This document shows, piece after piece, positions 13,601 to 29,237 of a DNA stretch of 64,000 nucleotides. Positions within the stretch are counted from its first letter, which is position 1. Every line of letters starts with the position of its first letter. The notes under the pieces were generated by a model. It was not told where the DNA came from. It did not search any database and saw only the letters and a list, made by a program, of their open reading frames with translations. The DNA is from Calcarisporiella thermophila CBS 279.70 (taxonomy: Eukaryota > Fungi > Calcarisporiellomycota). Location of the stretch: positions 826,266 to 890,265 of the forward strand of contig NW_027192201.1 in the NCBI RefSeq assembly GCF_041956535.1, read 5' to 3'. The translations under genes and the position numbers were made by a program.

Positions 13601-16600
13601 ATCCGACAATGTCTTTGTAAGGGAGGTTTCGAAGGAGACGCTTGGGTCGGATCTTCCTCCTGCACTCTATAATCTACTGTTTGGGTATTTTGAAAGTGCA
13701 ATCTCCGTCTTTTTTGATCCGGATTCGGAGGCTGTACACTCGGAACGTTCGACTCTGTTCGTTGATCAAGCAATCTCGGTCATGAAACTGATCCTTGATC
13801 AATTGCGTGATCCTGCCGAGCATGTGTTTATCGTGGATGTCGGTTCCCTTGTGCTCAATTTTGCACGTTATTTGCATCGCTTGAGTCACTCGCAACCCAC
13901 CGTGATTCGTACGAAAATCAAGATGTGCCAGCTCTGTGAAATGCTCATTTTGAAGAAAGAGTGTGTCACCTTGAATCAGGAAGTGACGCTGCGGAACCGC
14001 CTACTCGAGATCGTTGTTGAGTGGACGAGTGACTTTTCTAAATCAGATGGACAGCCGAATGTTCAAGAGGTTTTGCAGCAGGAACGGCTATACCGCGACT
14101 TGGACCTTGCCTGTTTAAAAGCCATCGTAGTATTATTACAGAAGCTTCCGCTCATCCCAACCAACAATGAAGGGGAATCCGACAACTCCCAAGCCAAGAG
14201 CAAACTGTTCTACAAATATTTCAGCCTTTTCGTGAAGCTGCTTAATCGATGCCGCCTTGAGTCGATTGACACAACCACGTCACAAAATGCTCGCAATAAC
14301 CAAGATCTGCAGATGCTTCTTTCAAAGTCCAAGGAGTATGTACGCGACCTTGCCCCCCTTAAAGAGCAAACTATTCTCGCACTTTCCAACCTCCTGAGCG
14401 CGAATGTAGACGCTGGGTTGAAATACACCCTGCTCAAAGGCTACCACGAAGACACCAGAACACGCACCGCCTTTATGCAGGTGTTGACCAATATGCTTAA
14501 TTTGGGAACAGGATTCGATGCGCTTGCAATGAATTTTGTGAGCAGCCGAGCAGAAAAGTACGAGAAGCTGATTGATGTACGTATACACCCTAGTGATATG
14601 TCACGATTGCTTAGTTAATATCACTTCAACTTTTGTCTGTTTTTAGATTATTGTGGGATCAGATCTGAAAATTGCTCTTACCTTATGCAATGTATGCCCG
14701 GTATCCGAGATCGATACTCTTGCACTTCTTTTGCTCAAGGTTTTTAATTCTCGCAAACAAACAATGCTTTTGCTCAAGACAGTCATCGAGCGCGAAGTAG
14801 CGAACACCGAGTCAGAATCCGAGCTCTTCCGACGAAATAGCATGGCAACACGAATGCTTTCCGCTTTCGCGCGCTTGTACGGCACAGACTATATGCGAAC
14901 AACACTGCAACCTATATTACAAGAGCTTTATACGCATCCTGAACAATATTCGTTCGAACTGGATCCCGCTAAGGTGCCCAATCCTGAGGACATTAACCGC
15001 AACGTGGCGAACCTGAAACGCACAACCCAGCAGTTTTTGGATGTCATTTGTACCACAACAAATAGGGTGCCGAGATCTTTCCGCGAAGTTTGCTCTTACC
15101 TCGCTACTGCAGTCGGAGAGCGCTTCCCCGAGGCGAAATATACCGCTGTTGGCGGATTTATCTTTCTGCGATTTTTCTGTCCCGCAATTGTGGCGCCTGA
15201 GGTGGAGCAGCTAGTTAAACCGCCCTCTGTGAGCAAAGAGTTCAGACGCGGTTTGACGCTTATTACAAAGGTTATTCAAAATCTTGCGAATAATGTCTTG
15301 TTTGGGGCAAAAGAACCCTATATGACGGTGCTCAATGATTTTCTGTCAAATAATATCTATCGGGTTACCGCATTCCTTCGCGACATCTCTGTCAGCCCCG
15401 CCGTCAACGAGGAGTTCAAAACTGAAACCCCCGAGCCTTGTAGGCTGGAAGAGTCGGATCAGATTCGTTTGCATTGGTTCCTACTTGACAATCTCGAGAA
15501 GATTGGCCGAGAGATATCTGGCAATACCCGCATGGGGCGTCTGCAAGCTGTGTCGAACTCCCGACCGACTAGCATGTCGTCTACTAGCGATATCTCACAG
15601 CCACCGACTACTTCGCGTGAAGCATTCGATCGTCTCGCAGCCTTGCTCTCCGAAATCGGCGGCCCGACGGAAGCGCCAAAGAAAGAAGCCTTTCCTCAGC
15701 GCACATTCGGTTTTTCATCCAAAAATCACCTGTATCAAGATTTCATGCGCCGCAATGCAAACCGGAATATAGATGAGATCACAAAAAAGGGTGTATTTTA
15801 CCTCGGGGGAGTATCACGCGAGAGGAGACCGGTGTTTGTTTACGTTGCCCGACGCGTAAATGCCGACTCATTTGATTTTGAAGGCATGATCTACTACATC
15901 TTCAAGGTCGTCGGCCACCATATGGAGAAGCCCTTTGATATCCTCATTGACTGCACCTGTACAAGCGAGACCAATGCCGTGCCACACCAATGGCTTAATC
16001 AGCTCTTTCAATACATGCATTTTTCAACTATTACGAACATAGGCAAAATTTACTTCTTTGGAATCAATACGAATTTCAAAAAGTTCCTACAACGCCGGCT
16101 TCCGCGCTCAATTCCCATTTTGACGTCACGTAAGGTTGTATTCGCGGCGAACCTGCGTGAATTGTATGAGCATATCCCACCATCGGAGGTGCATTTACCC
16201 AAATCTACCCAGCTCATGGACAGCGAGCCTGCAGTGACCTTCTCGCCCGCCAATAAAATACTTTCCCGCTCAAGTTCCCCTGTTATTATTAAGGTTGGAA
16301 CTGAGTGGGTCCATATCATATCTGCTCGCAAGGAGGAGATATTCCTTGGGCTAAGCGCAGTAGTTAACGATGTGTTCCATGTGTCACAAATCGTGGATGC
16401 GGCACCCACGCCCGGCGCTTCCGATGAGAATGAGTTCTATATCAAGTATCATATTGAGTCGGAACCTCGTGGGGTATATGCTCTGTCCAGCCCTAAGCGG
16501 CCGGTCATTGTGCAAGCCATTCGATCCGCCAAAGCTCGGTATCAATTATCTCAACCCAACGAGATTAGTGAACGCCATATCCGTCCCGATGACGTACCCG

Positions 16601-19164
16601 GCACTCTGCTGAACATGGCACTGCTTAATCTCGGAAGCGAGGATCCGTCCCTAAGGCTAGCGGCCTATGATCTTTTGCATGCTTTGGTGCTTGCTTTTGA
16701 TTTCGAGGGTATCGACATGCTATTGAGCGTAAAGGGCTTATGCATCCCCGCGAACAGCACGAATTTTGTGGTGTCCGTGAGCGAACGACTTGCGGCAACA
16801 CAGCCGCAACTGACGCTTGAATTTCTGAATGAATGCTTTGTTGGACTTTCCAAATCGAGCACCCGGCAACAGCACCTATGCCTCGAATACATGAGCTCCT
16901 GGCTACCTAACCTTGCCTCGTTCGCGCGCCCTAAAATAGCATCGCCAGCGGGAGATGGAGGCATGCATGTAGTGAGCAATCAGCACAATGTGGTCAAAGT
17001 GCGTGAGATAATTCGCTCCCTCATCGAGCTCACTGTGAGCCAATCCGAGATATACGCACAGATGCAGGCAAAAGTGTGGAGTGTGTTGGGCAAGGTTGAG
17101 GAGCTGATCCCTCTCGTCCTCGACACACTTGTACAATACGCGGCTGATCATGGAGTCGGGTCCAACGTTGCTGAAGCTGTGGCGGATACAATGGTCAGCT
17201 TATCCTCAACTGCGGTGCGTGGCAAGGTAATGGCCAAATTACGCAAGTGCTTACTTAGCACTTGCCTGAAACCTACACGCACTTTGTCTGAGCACCCACT
17301 TTGGCAAGAGATCGCTGTATTGATCCGCATGAATTTGCTGCTCTCATTCAATTGCCGTCATCATGTGCAGCATTTCCTTCCCGAGTTATGCTATATTGTC
17401 TCGATACTTGTCGCAACGGGCCCTTCAGTGGTGCGTTCGTCTATTCATGGGCTCGTTGTCAACGTGATCCAAACTCTGTGCGTTTCAATGCCCCTTGAAC
17501 AAGAGCAGTTAAAGCGGCTGCACGTTCTACTTGCCGAATTTGCGAAGCCCAAGTTCCGTCTGCTCTTCGGACTGAATCGCTCCGCTCCAAATGCCCTTGT
17601 CATCTCACAAGAATCGACAAACGAGGTTGCGGAGACAATGGCGCTTGGTTCACTGGAGAGCATCGTAGATGCCCTCCTGCAGGTGATTAGCGCGGGTGCT
17701 CCTTCGATTGACATGGCCAACGCATGGCGAGCTCGATGGCTGGGTCTTGTCACAAGTTCTGCCTTTCAATTCAATCCTGCAATTCAGCCTCGCACGTTTG
17801 TTGTACTCGGGTGCTTGGCCAAAGAAGATGTCGACGACGACCTCCTATACCAAATCCTTGTGACGCTTCGCGGCGGATTGGCCATGTTCAACGAGACCGA
17901 TTGCAATCTCGTGATTAGCATTGTCATGTGCCTGACAAATGTTGTGCCAAATTTGCAAAAGGATTCGCGCTACTTACACCATCTATTTTGGCTCGCAATG
18001 TCACTCGTGGAAGTGGGCCATGTGCCCATTTTCACGAGCGCGCTCAACCTGTTGCAAGTCGTGTTGCGAACACTTGATGGCCATGGTTTGTTCGCAAAGG
18101 ATGGTCCCACGGAGATGTTGCTGCGCTTGCGCGAGCCCGTCTCTGATATTGCACAGGAAATCGACGCAACAAATGGAATCAGCTTTTCAACGCATTTCTC
18201 ATTTGCAGTTGCAGCAACGCTACTAAAAGGACTTAAACATCCGACCACAAAGGTGGCGACGCAGGCGTTACTGACAACATTTGTGGAGTTGGAAGGCAAG
18301 GCCGCCTCGTCCGAGCACGAGCTCATTAGTTCCCGTACTCTTGGTTATCTTGCAGCTTTGCTTCCCACGGCTGCAAAGAATCTTGAGTTACGTGAGCTTT
18401 TGACACGGGTGAATTTCCCGGACGTTGAAGTGGATTACAATTCAATCACGCCCATCTGCGCACTTGTGTTTGATCGCCTGGATATACCAGACAATAGCAC
18501 CGCACTTTTGCTCGTGTCACTTCTGGTTACTATGTTGAATAATGCGGAAAACGAGGCCGAGCGACTCTTTTTGTATGGCATGTTGGCGGAGTCAGCAGTT
18601 GCTATTCCCGAGGTGTTCTCGCTAGTGTATGCATATATATTCCAACAGAGGAGTGCTGTTCTTTCATCTCTAACCTATTTTATTTCCAATAGCTACGGAT
18701 CGTTGCTTATGAAAATGAACCACATCATTAATAGCAACGAGGTGCTTCCCATTCAGGAGGCTGTTAAGTCCATTCTCTGCACGGTTGTTTCCGACCCAGT
18801 TACCTTTGGAGGCGTCGCATCCAGCACTTCAACAGGTCGTCCAGCCACCCCTGGCCTTGCTGAAGCTGCGAACACCTCGAGCTCCACCTCCCTCCCTTCC
18901 AATAAAGTGCAGGGCTCAAGTGAGAGCGCAATACAGAGTAGCTCGAGACCCGGCAGTGCATCAAGCATACAGGATGCAAGTATCCGCAATAGCAATAGCT
19001 TGAGCTCAGTATCAACGAGAACAAAAGCCACGCAACTTGCTTACCTGCAGGAGCTTGGCTTCCAAGGCATCCTTGACTGTGGGTCCTTCTCGAACGTAAC
19101 CAAGGCTCAAATTATTCGCAATGCTCAGCTAACAGACGCATTGATTGAGAAGATGATTGCGTAA
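10638..19164 (+). CDS. Neurofibromin/Ira-type Ras GTPase-activating protein
   Basis: RasGAP domain (LFRRNS arginine finger, FIFLRFFCPAI, KVIQNLAN), then Sec14/PH-like region, DVPGTLLNMALLNL and HEAT-like repeats. Roughly 2,700 aa over ~7 exons. Confidence 0.95.
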
Positions 19165-20021
19165 AATGCATAATCGCTTTTAATTATTAATTTATTAATT
19201 CTTCTTTCCTTTTTTTTGATTTTGTACAATAATTTTTTTATCTTTGCTTTTCTATCCCCTTTCTTTTTAAATATAGATTTCTATTTTTCTTTTTACTTTC
19301 CACCTCGCTTTTGACGGTTATAACTATGTCACATATCCCCTCTTTTATTTTTCTTTTCTTTTTTTGCTAGAGCTTTCTGTCTTGGTTGTTTTACTTTCTA
19401 TCCTTTTTTGTCTGCGTGAGGACATTGTCACTTAATCCTAATTGCTCTTCTTCTGTTGCTTAACGTTTTCTGTACTAACTGATGTGTGGGTTTGGAATTT
19501 AGCATTTTATTTTATATTTTTGATAATAAATGACATATTATTTGCTTTTCAGTCACTTCAAATAACATATACTATTCCATTTCATCCATGCAAAGTTATG
19601 TTGCTTTATTTGTTCAATTCGAAAGAGGAGAAAAAAAATTATCTTGGTCCCGCTTCACGTTAACCGAATAGATAATAACTACCGAAAATGTGGCTTTGCC
19701 TTTTTCTTTGTCTTAGAAGATTCTGCTCCGCTCAACCATGAAACCCAAATTCTCCCTACTCCGTTCTCTTTTTTTTTCCGGAATTCAAAACTGATATTCT
19801 AAGACATTTGAGCGACTTTTCGGTATTATTATAAGAGCTTGACTAGAAGTTATTTATTTATTTTCTTTACGATACCCCGACACTAAATAGTAAGCGATTA
19901 CATTTTATATATATAAACTTTTTTTTTCCTTGTGCATCAAAAGTAGTCATAATTTTAATACCTTACATCGTTTTCTCTGGATCTTTTGTACTTGTCGCAT
20001 TTTCTTCTCTTTTTCTTCTTG

Positions 20022-21899
20022 GATGGCAAACCATAGTGGTGCTAATTTTTCTTCTGCAACTGCCGAATGCGTTGAGTTCACCTCGCCGGAGGGTGATTAT
20101 ACGCTGAAGCATGATATTTTTCATGCTGACATTCAGACGACCCACGGTACTCATTTATCACTGGTTAATATAAAATACAAGGATACCGCTCCCAACGATA
20201 CACGTCAAAGCAGTGGAGAAAGTCTTGTCTCTATGTCGACAGAACAAGTAGCGGCCGGAGAATCTGAAGGGGATGATGACCAACCTCACACCTCTACTGC
20301 TACCAGTGCGCCAAAGCCTATTCCCGAATCGGGCGGGAGCTCTAGTGGGAGGAATGAAGATTCGAGTTTCTTTTCGTTTGGCTCGGGGCGCCGAAAAAAA
20401 CCCAAGAACAACATCACTAAAACTAATTCGAGCTTTGTCTCTCGCATCGACACTCATCCAAGCTTGGCACGTATTCTTGCGAGCAAGACGAACGAGAACA
20501 CCTACCTATTCTATAATTTATCGAAAAGTTTCTATTGGGCTGACTTGATGACTAAACCTCAGGTGCGTTATCTTGCGTGCTGTGTATTAACGAAGAATGG
20601 ATACTCCACTTCCCCTGCATTTACACGGTATTTGTCAATATACTAGGAGACCATTTCTCGTATAGACTTCGCCGTTGCCCACCCTACTTGCCATGATGCT
20701 AACCTGCTGACCCGTGGGTACGATCACCTAGATATTGTTATTGGGTTTTCCTCGAGCGACCTCATTTGGTTTGATCCTCTTTGTATGAAATACGTACGAT
20801 TGAATAAGGCGGTGAGTTATTTTGAACAGACTTGACATGAAACAACGGATTCCCGCAATACGAAAGTTGAGCCATGGCTTCTAATTCTGTTCTGACTTTG
20901 TTATTAGGGTGTCATTAATAACAGCCCAGTTGTTAGCGTGAAATGGATGCCAGGCTCTGAGAATCTGTTTATGGCGGCGCACCAAGATGGCAGCATAGTT
21001 ATCTATGATAAAGACCGCGATGATCAAGCTTTTACGCCATCTCCGCCTTCATCCCCCGACTGTTTTCACGTAACTAGACCCGCGAAAAATAGCAAATACA
21101 ACCCAGTTTCACACTGGTTCGTGAGCACAAAACCGATTACTGGTAAGCGGCGTTATTTTTATTACCAGAGATTGAGTCTGATTAACAACTTATTATATGA
21201 TTAGCATTCGCATTTTCTCCCGATTGCCAGCATGTTGCTGTCGTGGGAGTTGACGGCTGCCTTCGTGTCATCGAGTTTCTTTCTGAGCGCTTGCATGATA
21301 CGTATCGATCCTACTTTGGAGGTCTCTCATGTGTCGCTTGGTCTCCGGATGGGCGCTATATTCTAACCGGAGGCCAAGATGACTTGGTCACGATTTGGGC
21401 GTTTCGTGAACAACGTATTGTTGCACGATGCCAAGGACATGCGTCGTGGGTAACAAGTGTCGCCTTCGATCCTTGGCGCTGCGATGAACGGAACTACCGA
21501 TTTGGAAGTGTTGGGGAAGACACGAAGCTGCTGCTATGGGATTTTTCAGTGAGCGCGCTACATAAGCCCAAGGGAGGGCATCACTCGCAACGCAGATCAA
21601 GTCTGGCATCGACGCTCACTGGTGCCTCCGCCAACACATCGCTTCGCAGGATAGTGCAGGAAAATAGCAACAGTGGTGTGGCAAAACAGCATGACCCAAT
21701 CGTGAACATTGTACATCCGGTATTGCCCAAGACTGAAGTTGCGATGCTACAGCCCGTCATGGCCAAGAGCATTCATAGCGATCCCGTTGTGGAGCTGCAT
21801 TTCCGAGAGGATGCGGTAGTGACGACAGATCGTAAGGGCCGAGTCAAGGTGTGGACACGACCAAAACTCCGAACAAGAAACATCGCTGGCGCAGTCTAA
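20022..21899 (+). CDS. creC: WD40 protein CreC / WDR20-DMWD family (deubiquitinase cofactor)
   Basis: KKPKNNITKTNSSFVSR, SYFGGLSCVAWSPDGRYILTGGQDDLVTIW and YRFGSVGEDTKLLLWDF. 4 exons. Confidence 0.9.
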
Positions 21900-22374
21900 G
21901 AAATGATTATTTTTGATCTAACATTTTTTTTTATGTTCCTTCTAAAGATTTATATGAGTTGACAAAATTTGTGAAATTTTATGATTCCAAACTTTTTTTT
22001 TGCTGTGCTTCTATTTATTTTTCTTTTTTTCTTGTTTCGAATATTCTCTTTCCTATTTCTCGCCTACTCTGTGTAATGATAACTCCTTATCTATGCTTTT
22101 CCCGATTTCCGTCTGGAATAAGTGTTTGTCTTTTTAATAGCAATATTATATATTTTTAACCGACACAACAAAAAAAAAAAACAAAAGAACTAAAAATTGC
22201 CATCATGAGGAAGAGAAAGAGAAAAAAAAAAGCAGTATAAAAAGTTTTATATCAATGGTGAAAAAAAAAAAGATTTTTAATAGGCAAAATAAATCATTCA
22301 TTATAGCGCCCCCTTTTATGCATTGTCCGAACTCCTGAAAAATAAATCCTCATTGACGCCCGGTTATCGACTGA

Positions 22375-23514
<1,140 letters not shown>

Positions 23515-23834
23515 TATTAAAATCTTGAATTATGATAAATTGAAGATGCTCAATTCTGTAATTTGTATAAAATATTTTTCGTTCAGTGTTTTAATTAAAA
23601 TCGAACAAAGGCAAAAAGGAACAGATGGAACTTTTCACGAGTTGGGTTGCCAGGCGCGAAAATAAAAAAATAAGACAAAAATGATAGAGAGATGGTTGAC
23701 GTCAGCAAAGTGTTTAAGATGGAAGATCCAATTTCCCCGCAAGATGAGGATTTATTCGGAACAATTTTTACATGTCCAGCACTGTTGATTATACAAGCAA
23801 AAGTATCAAATTATAGCTACAAACAAGGAGGGTG

Positions 23835-26149
23835 TCACGCCATTAATCGAGGCACAACCACAGTATAGGGCTTAGTGTCGCGATAGCCTTTGTCTCTGTC
23901 TCTCTCGATGCATATGTTGACGATGAATGCACCGTCGTCTCCTTGATTAAAGGTGGCGTAGTTTCGACGGTTGTAGAGTTTCGTTTTTTTATGCCGTACT
24001 TCGTCGACGTCGAGCTCAAACAGATCAACTGAGTCCTCAACGGTAAAATCGTTAAGAGTATAGGTCTTAGCACGCATATGGAGGACTTGAATTAATCCGT
24101 CTGGTGGAGGGCTAAATACAAGGAAGTATGGCTCAGCTCTTCATTCATATGGAGCGAATTTAGTTAGACATAGTTACATGTTCACTATCGCGGAGGAGAT
24201 TATCTGGTACATAGTGTTCGGGTCTTGCTGTTCCTCGACGGTTGCCTTGCTGTGTAGTTTTCCGACCGATGCACAGTGAACATCCCCACTAATGAAGGTG
24301 ACCCGAACATTCTTTTCACGTGCATAGAGCTGCAGCTTCTCAATAAATCCTTTACGCTCTTCCTTATGGGGACCGGCGGTCCAGTGATCTAAATCATATT
24401 ATATCATTGGTATAGATATATATCAATAGCTCTATAATGGATGGATAAAGAAGATGATTACCTGAGAGATCATCTAAAAGCTCTGGATCTGCATTCAGTT
24501 TATTCACTACGCTCTCAAACACACCAGTTCGTTGTCCCGTAAGTATGCTTAGATTCTTCAGCGCCTTTGCACTCTCCATCATATTTTCTGCAAAATTCAA
24601 TCGCGGATACACAATAGGTACACCAATAAGGACGAATAAATGTTGTGTGTCTGGCGGTGTCTCTTCATAGAGCTTGATAAAGGTTGCGTCGTACGTACTG
24701 GGTGAGCAAACAGATATTTTTGTCCGCTCCGCACGGGCGTCCAAGCCAAGCAATAGTACTTGAGGACCGAGGCTGGTGAGAAGGTGGTGCCCGCGTCCCG
24801 TGCTATAAAATCCATGCTGTGGTGCCAGATCTTCCGTTGTATGATGTTGAAAGAGCAGATAGAAACGCTCTGCTACCTTCCCAATTCTTTGCATTATCTC
24901 AGACATTTGCAAACTTTCAGGATAGGATCCAAACCCATCGATAATATCATGATCTAAAAATAAAAGAATCCAAATTGGAGGGTAGTCCTCTCAAAAGAGT
25001 TATTTTTTACGCGTTGTGCCGAAAATAATTACCATCCCACATGTTAACTGAGGGAATTTGAGCGAGAGCATGAGCATATAAACCCTGAGCGAAATGGCGA
25101 CAATAATGCCGGAAGTAATAGGCTTGCATTCCACGGTACAGCCGTTCAGACATAGCCGTATTACGCCGAACCTTTCGGTCACCCTTTTCAAGCCATTCTT
25201 CAATCATGACCGGTTCCTTGAGGATGGAGTCGCAGTAAATCTAGTGTAAAGGATTGGTCAGAAGGTCGTTTAAAATTTAGCGTAGCGTATAAAAGGCATA
25301 TACCTGGTCGCCCCCTCCCACCATCAAATGATAAGGCTGCTCAGAGTGTTTTTTAAAAAAGTCATTCCATAGTGGGTCATGTCCACCCCAAAGCGATTGG
25401 TCTTGAACACTTTGGGAATAGCCATTGCAGCTAATAACAATAGAATAAGAACATAAGCACACCAGTTATAATGTGAATATTTGCGCCAGCCTAAAAAAAA
25501 AATTAAAAAAAATCACCTGAAGAACATCCACCTGTATTTCTGATTGATTCCAGGAAGAAACCTAAAAAAGGGTAGATATTAATTAAACATGACCGAAAAA
25601 CTGATTGATGGATAATGGTTACCAAGTGTTCTTTGGCCCCCCACATATGCTATAACCGACACACTGGTCATCTTGGTCAAGTGGTATTTCTAACCCGAAT
25701 CTCCAAAACACGTGTCCCTCGTAGTTATCGATGGCTTCGCCAGTCACGCGTCCTTTCTCTTGTTCCCTCCCACCCTCAAACCACCATTCTAGCACGGGCA
25801 CGTCCGACTCTTCTGTTTTCTCAACCATAAGCACTGAGCCGCGCCATACATTATTGAGGACATTTTCATAGCGAAGAAGAGGGCCACATATCCATGAGCG
25901 TCCATTAATAACGTTGGGCTCTGGAAGAGGAGTCACTAGCCCGTACTCGTCACCTTGAACTCGCTCCAAAGGTTTTTCTTCTGTTGCATCGGGGAGATTC
26001 TGAGCTAATATTTCTTTGCCACTGGGGCCTTCGGTGCTGGAAGAAAGGAGAGCGGGAGAAATGGAATCATCCTGGGAGGCGTCTTCATTTTTATCCGACT
26101 TCTTCACCTTTTGCTCTACTTTATCTTTAATTTTCTTGAAAACATTCAT
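23835..26149 (-). CDS. PhoD-like metallophosphatase domain protein
   Basis: SCNGYS, HLMVGGGDQIYCD, NMWDDHDIIDGFGS, LDARAER, ELLDDL.DHW and FISGDVH across ~7 exons. Confidence 0.85.
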
Positions 26150-26360
26150 TTTCGAGGGTAGTTAAAATAAGGGCTGTTCGCTAAAGAGAAAGCAGCTCTC
26201 ATGGCGTATTTGTTTCAAATAATATAAGGTGCGATCGAAAAACTCAGAAGATCTCCCAAGCCACACACAAGTCACAAATCAATAATCTTTCTCGGCACTC
26301 CGTTTACTTCATTGTTTTTCAAGAATCGATCCACACCATTTAATTAATACTAATCTCGTC

Positions 26361-26838
26361 ATGGTACATACTGATCTTTATTGATGTCATAGGCAGTGCT
26401 GTCTCAATTATGTTTGCTAACCCGATCCCTTTGGTATATTACAGGCAACACCCTTTATAATTGGTGTTGGTGTCGCAGCAGCAGCGACCGCTGGACGCTA
26501 TGCAGTCATCGCATTCAAAGAGTTCCAAAAGAGGCCGGTTACACCACGCTTGCAGAATTATTACAAAGGTGGATTTGATCCTAAGATGAACAAACGAGAA
26601 GCAGCACTCATCCTTGGCTTACGGTAGGATTACTAGATCTGATGTCCATGGAAGGATAACAAAACACATTGATTAACTGGTTTGATGGCTGTCTAGTGAA
26701 TCCCAATTAAACAAGGATCGCTTGAAGGAAGCTCACCGCCGCATTATGCTCCTTAACCACCCAGATCGTGGTGGCTCCCCTTATCTTGCTAGCAAGATCA
26801 ACGAGGCAAAAGACTTTTTAGAAGGAAAAGTAAAATAA
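26361..26838 (+). CDS. PAM18: Mitochondrial import J-protein PAM18/TIM14
   Basis: ATG-only first coding exon, then [19 protein letters not shown] and [21 protein letters not shown]. Confidence 0.95.
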
Positions 26839-26977
26839 TATTGTACTTGTCTAAATATATTGTTTAAATAGAATTCTTTTATGTTGAGCTACAATCCAAA
26901 TGCTTGTTTTTTGACAATATGTCCATGATCAAAATCATACAATCTATATCCGATAAATGCTTTTATTTTATTAACCA

Positions 26978-27830
26978 TTAAACAACAATTTCCCCTTCTA
27001 CTGCACGCTGGTCGAGTCCTAGCTCACGGAGACATGTGAAGTATCGCTCGAGACTTTGACGTTTTAGATATCTCAATAACTTGGCACGCTGGTGTACCAT
27101 GCTACGAAGTGCACGATAGTTGTGTTTATCTTTACGGTGTTGCTGTAAGTGTTCATGAAGGTTCAGAATTCTGACGGTGAGTACAGCGGCTGATGTTTCA
27201 GAAAATGAATTAATAAAACCATGGAGAAAGATGGGCAGAGTATAGTCCTAATATAATCACCTTGAACCTCTGGACTGCCGGTGTCCCCTTCTTTCAGCTG
27301 GAACCATTCAATTGCCTTTTGAATCCTGTACAAATTTTCGGCCTTCGCATTGGCAGTCTCTAATGAAACAATCCTCCTCACCATTTCTGCCTTTTCCTTC
27401 TCTCGCCGTAGTGCTTCTTCTGGCGATGCTATGGTCACTTTTGTGCTGGAGATAGCCTGTGGCGCCATTTCGATCACTAATTTTTCCTCTTCGGGGGTAA
27501 TGAAATGCTGTAGTTTGCCAGCAGTAGGTGTGGAGAGCGAACGGATGAAAGCGGTCTCTTTGGAAATGATAGGCGATGGCTTCGAGGCCTCCCATGCGGC
27601 TTTACGGGCAGCACGCTTGGCCAAGTTAGCTTGCTTGAGACGTTTGGCGCGACGACTCGCGTGTGCGATCGGAGTGGTGTGGAATGAGCGTATCCATTGG
27701 GAGGGTGCTAAAGAGAGTCGATCGTCGGATTAGTAAAAGCAGAAAGGTCCTGGAGGATCAAGTGGATCTTACCTGAAGATCCAGCTGGTACCAGTAACCG
27801 CCGGCAGTGTCCTAACAGCTGTGTGAACAT
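26978..27830 (-). CDS. Mitochondrial ribosomal protein uS15m
   Basis: GDTGSPEVQ, then spliced AAVLTVRILNLHEHLQQHRKDKHNYRALRSMVHQRAKLLRYLK. Basic presequence-like N-terminus. Confidence 0.92.
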
Positions 27831-28094
27831 AATTTATTATCTATGAATGATTTGGTTTTTTTCCCCCTCTGCTCCGAACCCTAAACGATCTCTACTTGTT
27901 TACAGAGCAGTGGAGCAGTCTGGTGAGGCGCAGGCGATTTTCTTATTGATGTGAATAAAAATTTACAATAATAAAACACGATTGGGCTAAGCAAGCAAAC
28001 AAGGGAGGGCAAGTGTCGCACAATAGATGGTGTATAAGTAGAAAATTACAATAAGAATATAGTTATTTTTTCTTTTCGATACAACGAGAAAACA

Positions 28095-29237
28095 TTAAGT
28101 GTCTGAAAATGTGTGGGAGGGATACACGGGGATGCCAACTGAAGCCATCGAAGCTGACGCAGACGACGATGACGCAGAAGTGGAGGTGGTTGGGGTTTCC
28201 ATGCTGGTTGTTGCCCATCGGTTATCGCCTGCCACCTGGTATTGATATGCCCCACTGAGAAATGAGAACGAATCGCCATTCCATTCTTTGCCGCCCCCAC
28301 CTCCGGTCAGATCTTTTGAGGGCGAGCCGAACGCAAACTGCATGCTTGCAGTGGTGTGCTGACGTGGGTAGCTGGTGAAGGCGGAGGTGGGGCGGGAGTA
28401 GCCGCGGTTTGGTATATCCTGCGAGGCGGACGGGGTGGTGTACCCCTGGGTGCGATAGTAAAAGTCTAGAGCGCGCTGATCGAACTCGTTTCGCCCGTTC
28501 GCGTCGTACTTATTTTCGGCGGAAAACTCGGAGGAATACATCGAAGGGTGTGTGAGTACGGGCGTCGAGGAGGATTGCTGGGGGATGGGGTGGGTGCCGA
28601 GGGGTTGATCATGGTAGGAAGAATAGAGGCTTCCCGCGGAGGTGGGCGACGAAGGATCGCTTAAGGGGGGAACTCGAAAGTTTTGCTTCAGCAAGAGTTC
28701 GGGCGATATCTCCAGACTCGCAAGCTCGGGCACAGAAGAAGGCGTGCGTAACCGACCGCTGATGACGTCCTCGATGGTGTAATAGGACACCAGGTGTTGG
28801 CATACGCCGTGCACCACGATTGAGATAGTCTTCTTGATAAGCCCGTTCTTTTTGAAATGGTATGAGTTTGTGAGCGAGCCAACGAGCTGCCTCTCCCTCT
28901 CGGCGCACGTCTCCTCCATAAGGGACACGGCGGGGGGCCGCTGGGCCAGCGAGAGCAGCTCGCGCTTCCCCTGGCCATTTCTCTTATCCAGCTCGCGATA
29001 GAGCAGAAAATTGCCAAGGATACGAGAGGGGCTCCACACAAGCCCGTCCGTCCAGCGCTTTATCCCGGATTCACGCTCATCAAAAACAAACACCGTTCCC
29101 GATCGGATTAGCCGCCGCTCTTTTTCGTGCAATCGCCTACAGACGCGGGGAAGCAATCCTCTTCGACATGCCTCGAAAATAAGAAGAGTATCTTGTGTTG
29201 TTTCAACAAAGCCATGGTATGTTTCAGTCACGCTCAT
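28095..29237 (-). CDS. Gti1/Pac2 (WOPR-domain) transcription factor, intronless
   Basis: ETYHGFVETTQDTLLIFEAC, SGIKRWTDGLVWSPSR, GLIKKTISI, HLVSYY. Confidence 0.95.
   Translation of the reverse strand: MSVTETYHGFVETTQDTLLIFEACRRGLLPRVCRRLHEKERRLIRSGTVFVFDERESGIKRWTDGLVWSPSRILGNFLLYRELDKRNGQGKRELLSLAQRPPAVSLMEETCAERERQLVGSLTNSYHFKKNGLIKKTISIVVHGVCQHLVSYYTIEDVISGRLRTPSSVPELASLEISPELLLKQNFRVPPLSDPSSPTSAGSLYSSYHDQPLGTHPIPQQSSSTPVLTHPSMYSSEFSAENKYDANGRNEFDQRALDFYYRTQGYTTPSASQDIPNRGYSRPTSAFTSYPRQHTTASMQFAFGSPSKDLTGGGGGKEWNGDSFSFLSGAYQYQVAGDNRWATTSMETPTTSTSASSSSASASMASVGIPVYPSHTFSDT

Noticed and set aside
10977-19031. Numerous antisense and alternate-frame ORFs inside NF1 (likewise in fumarase, PRP5, amidase and oxidase)
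   Set aside because: Shadow ORFs of long coding exons with no recognisable motifs.
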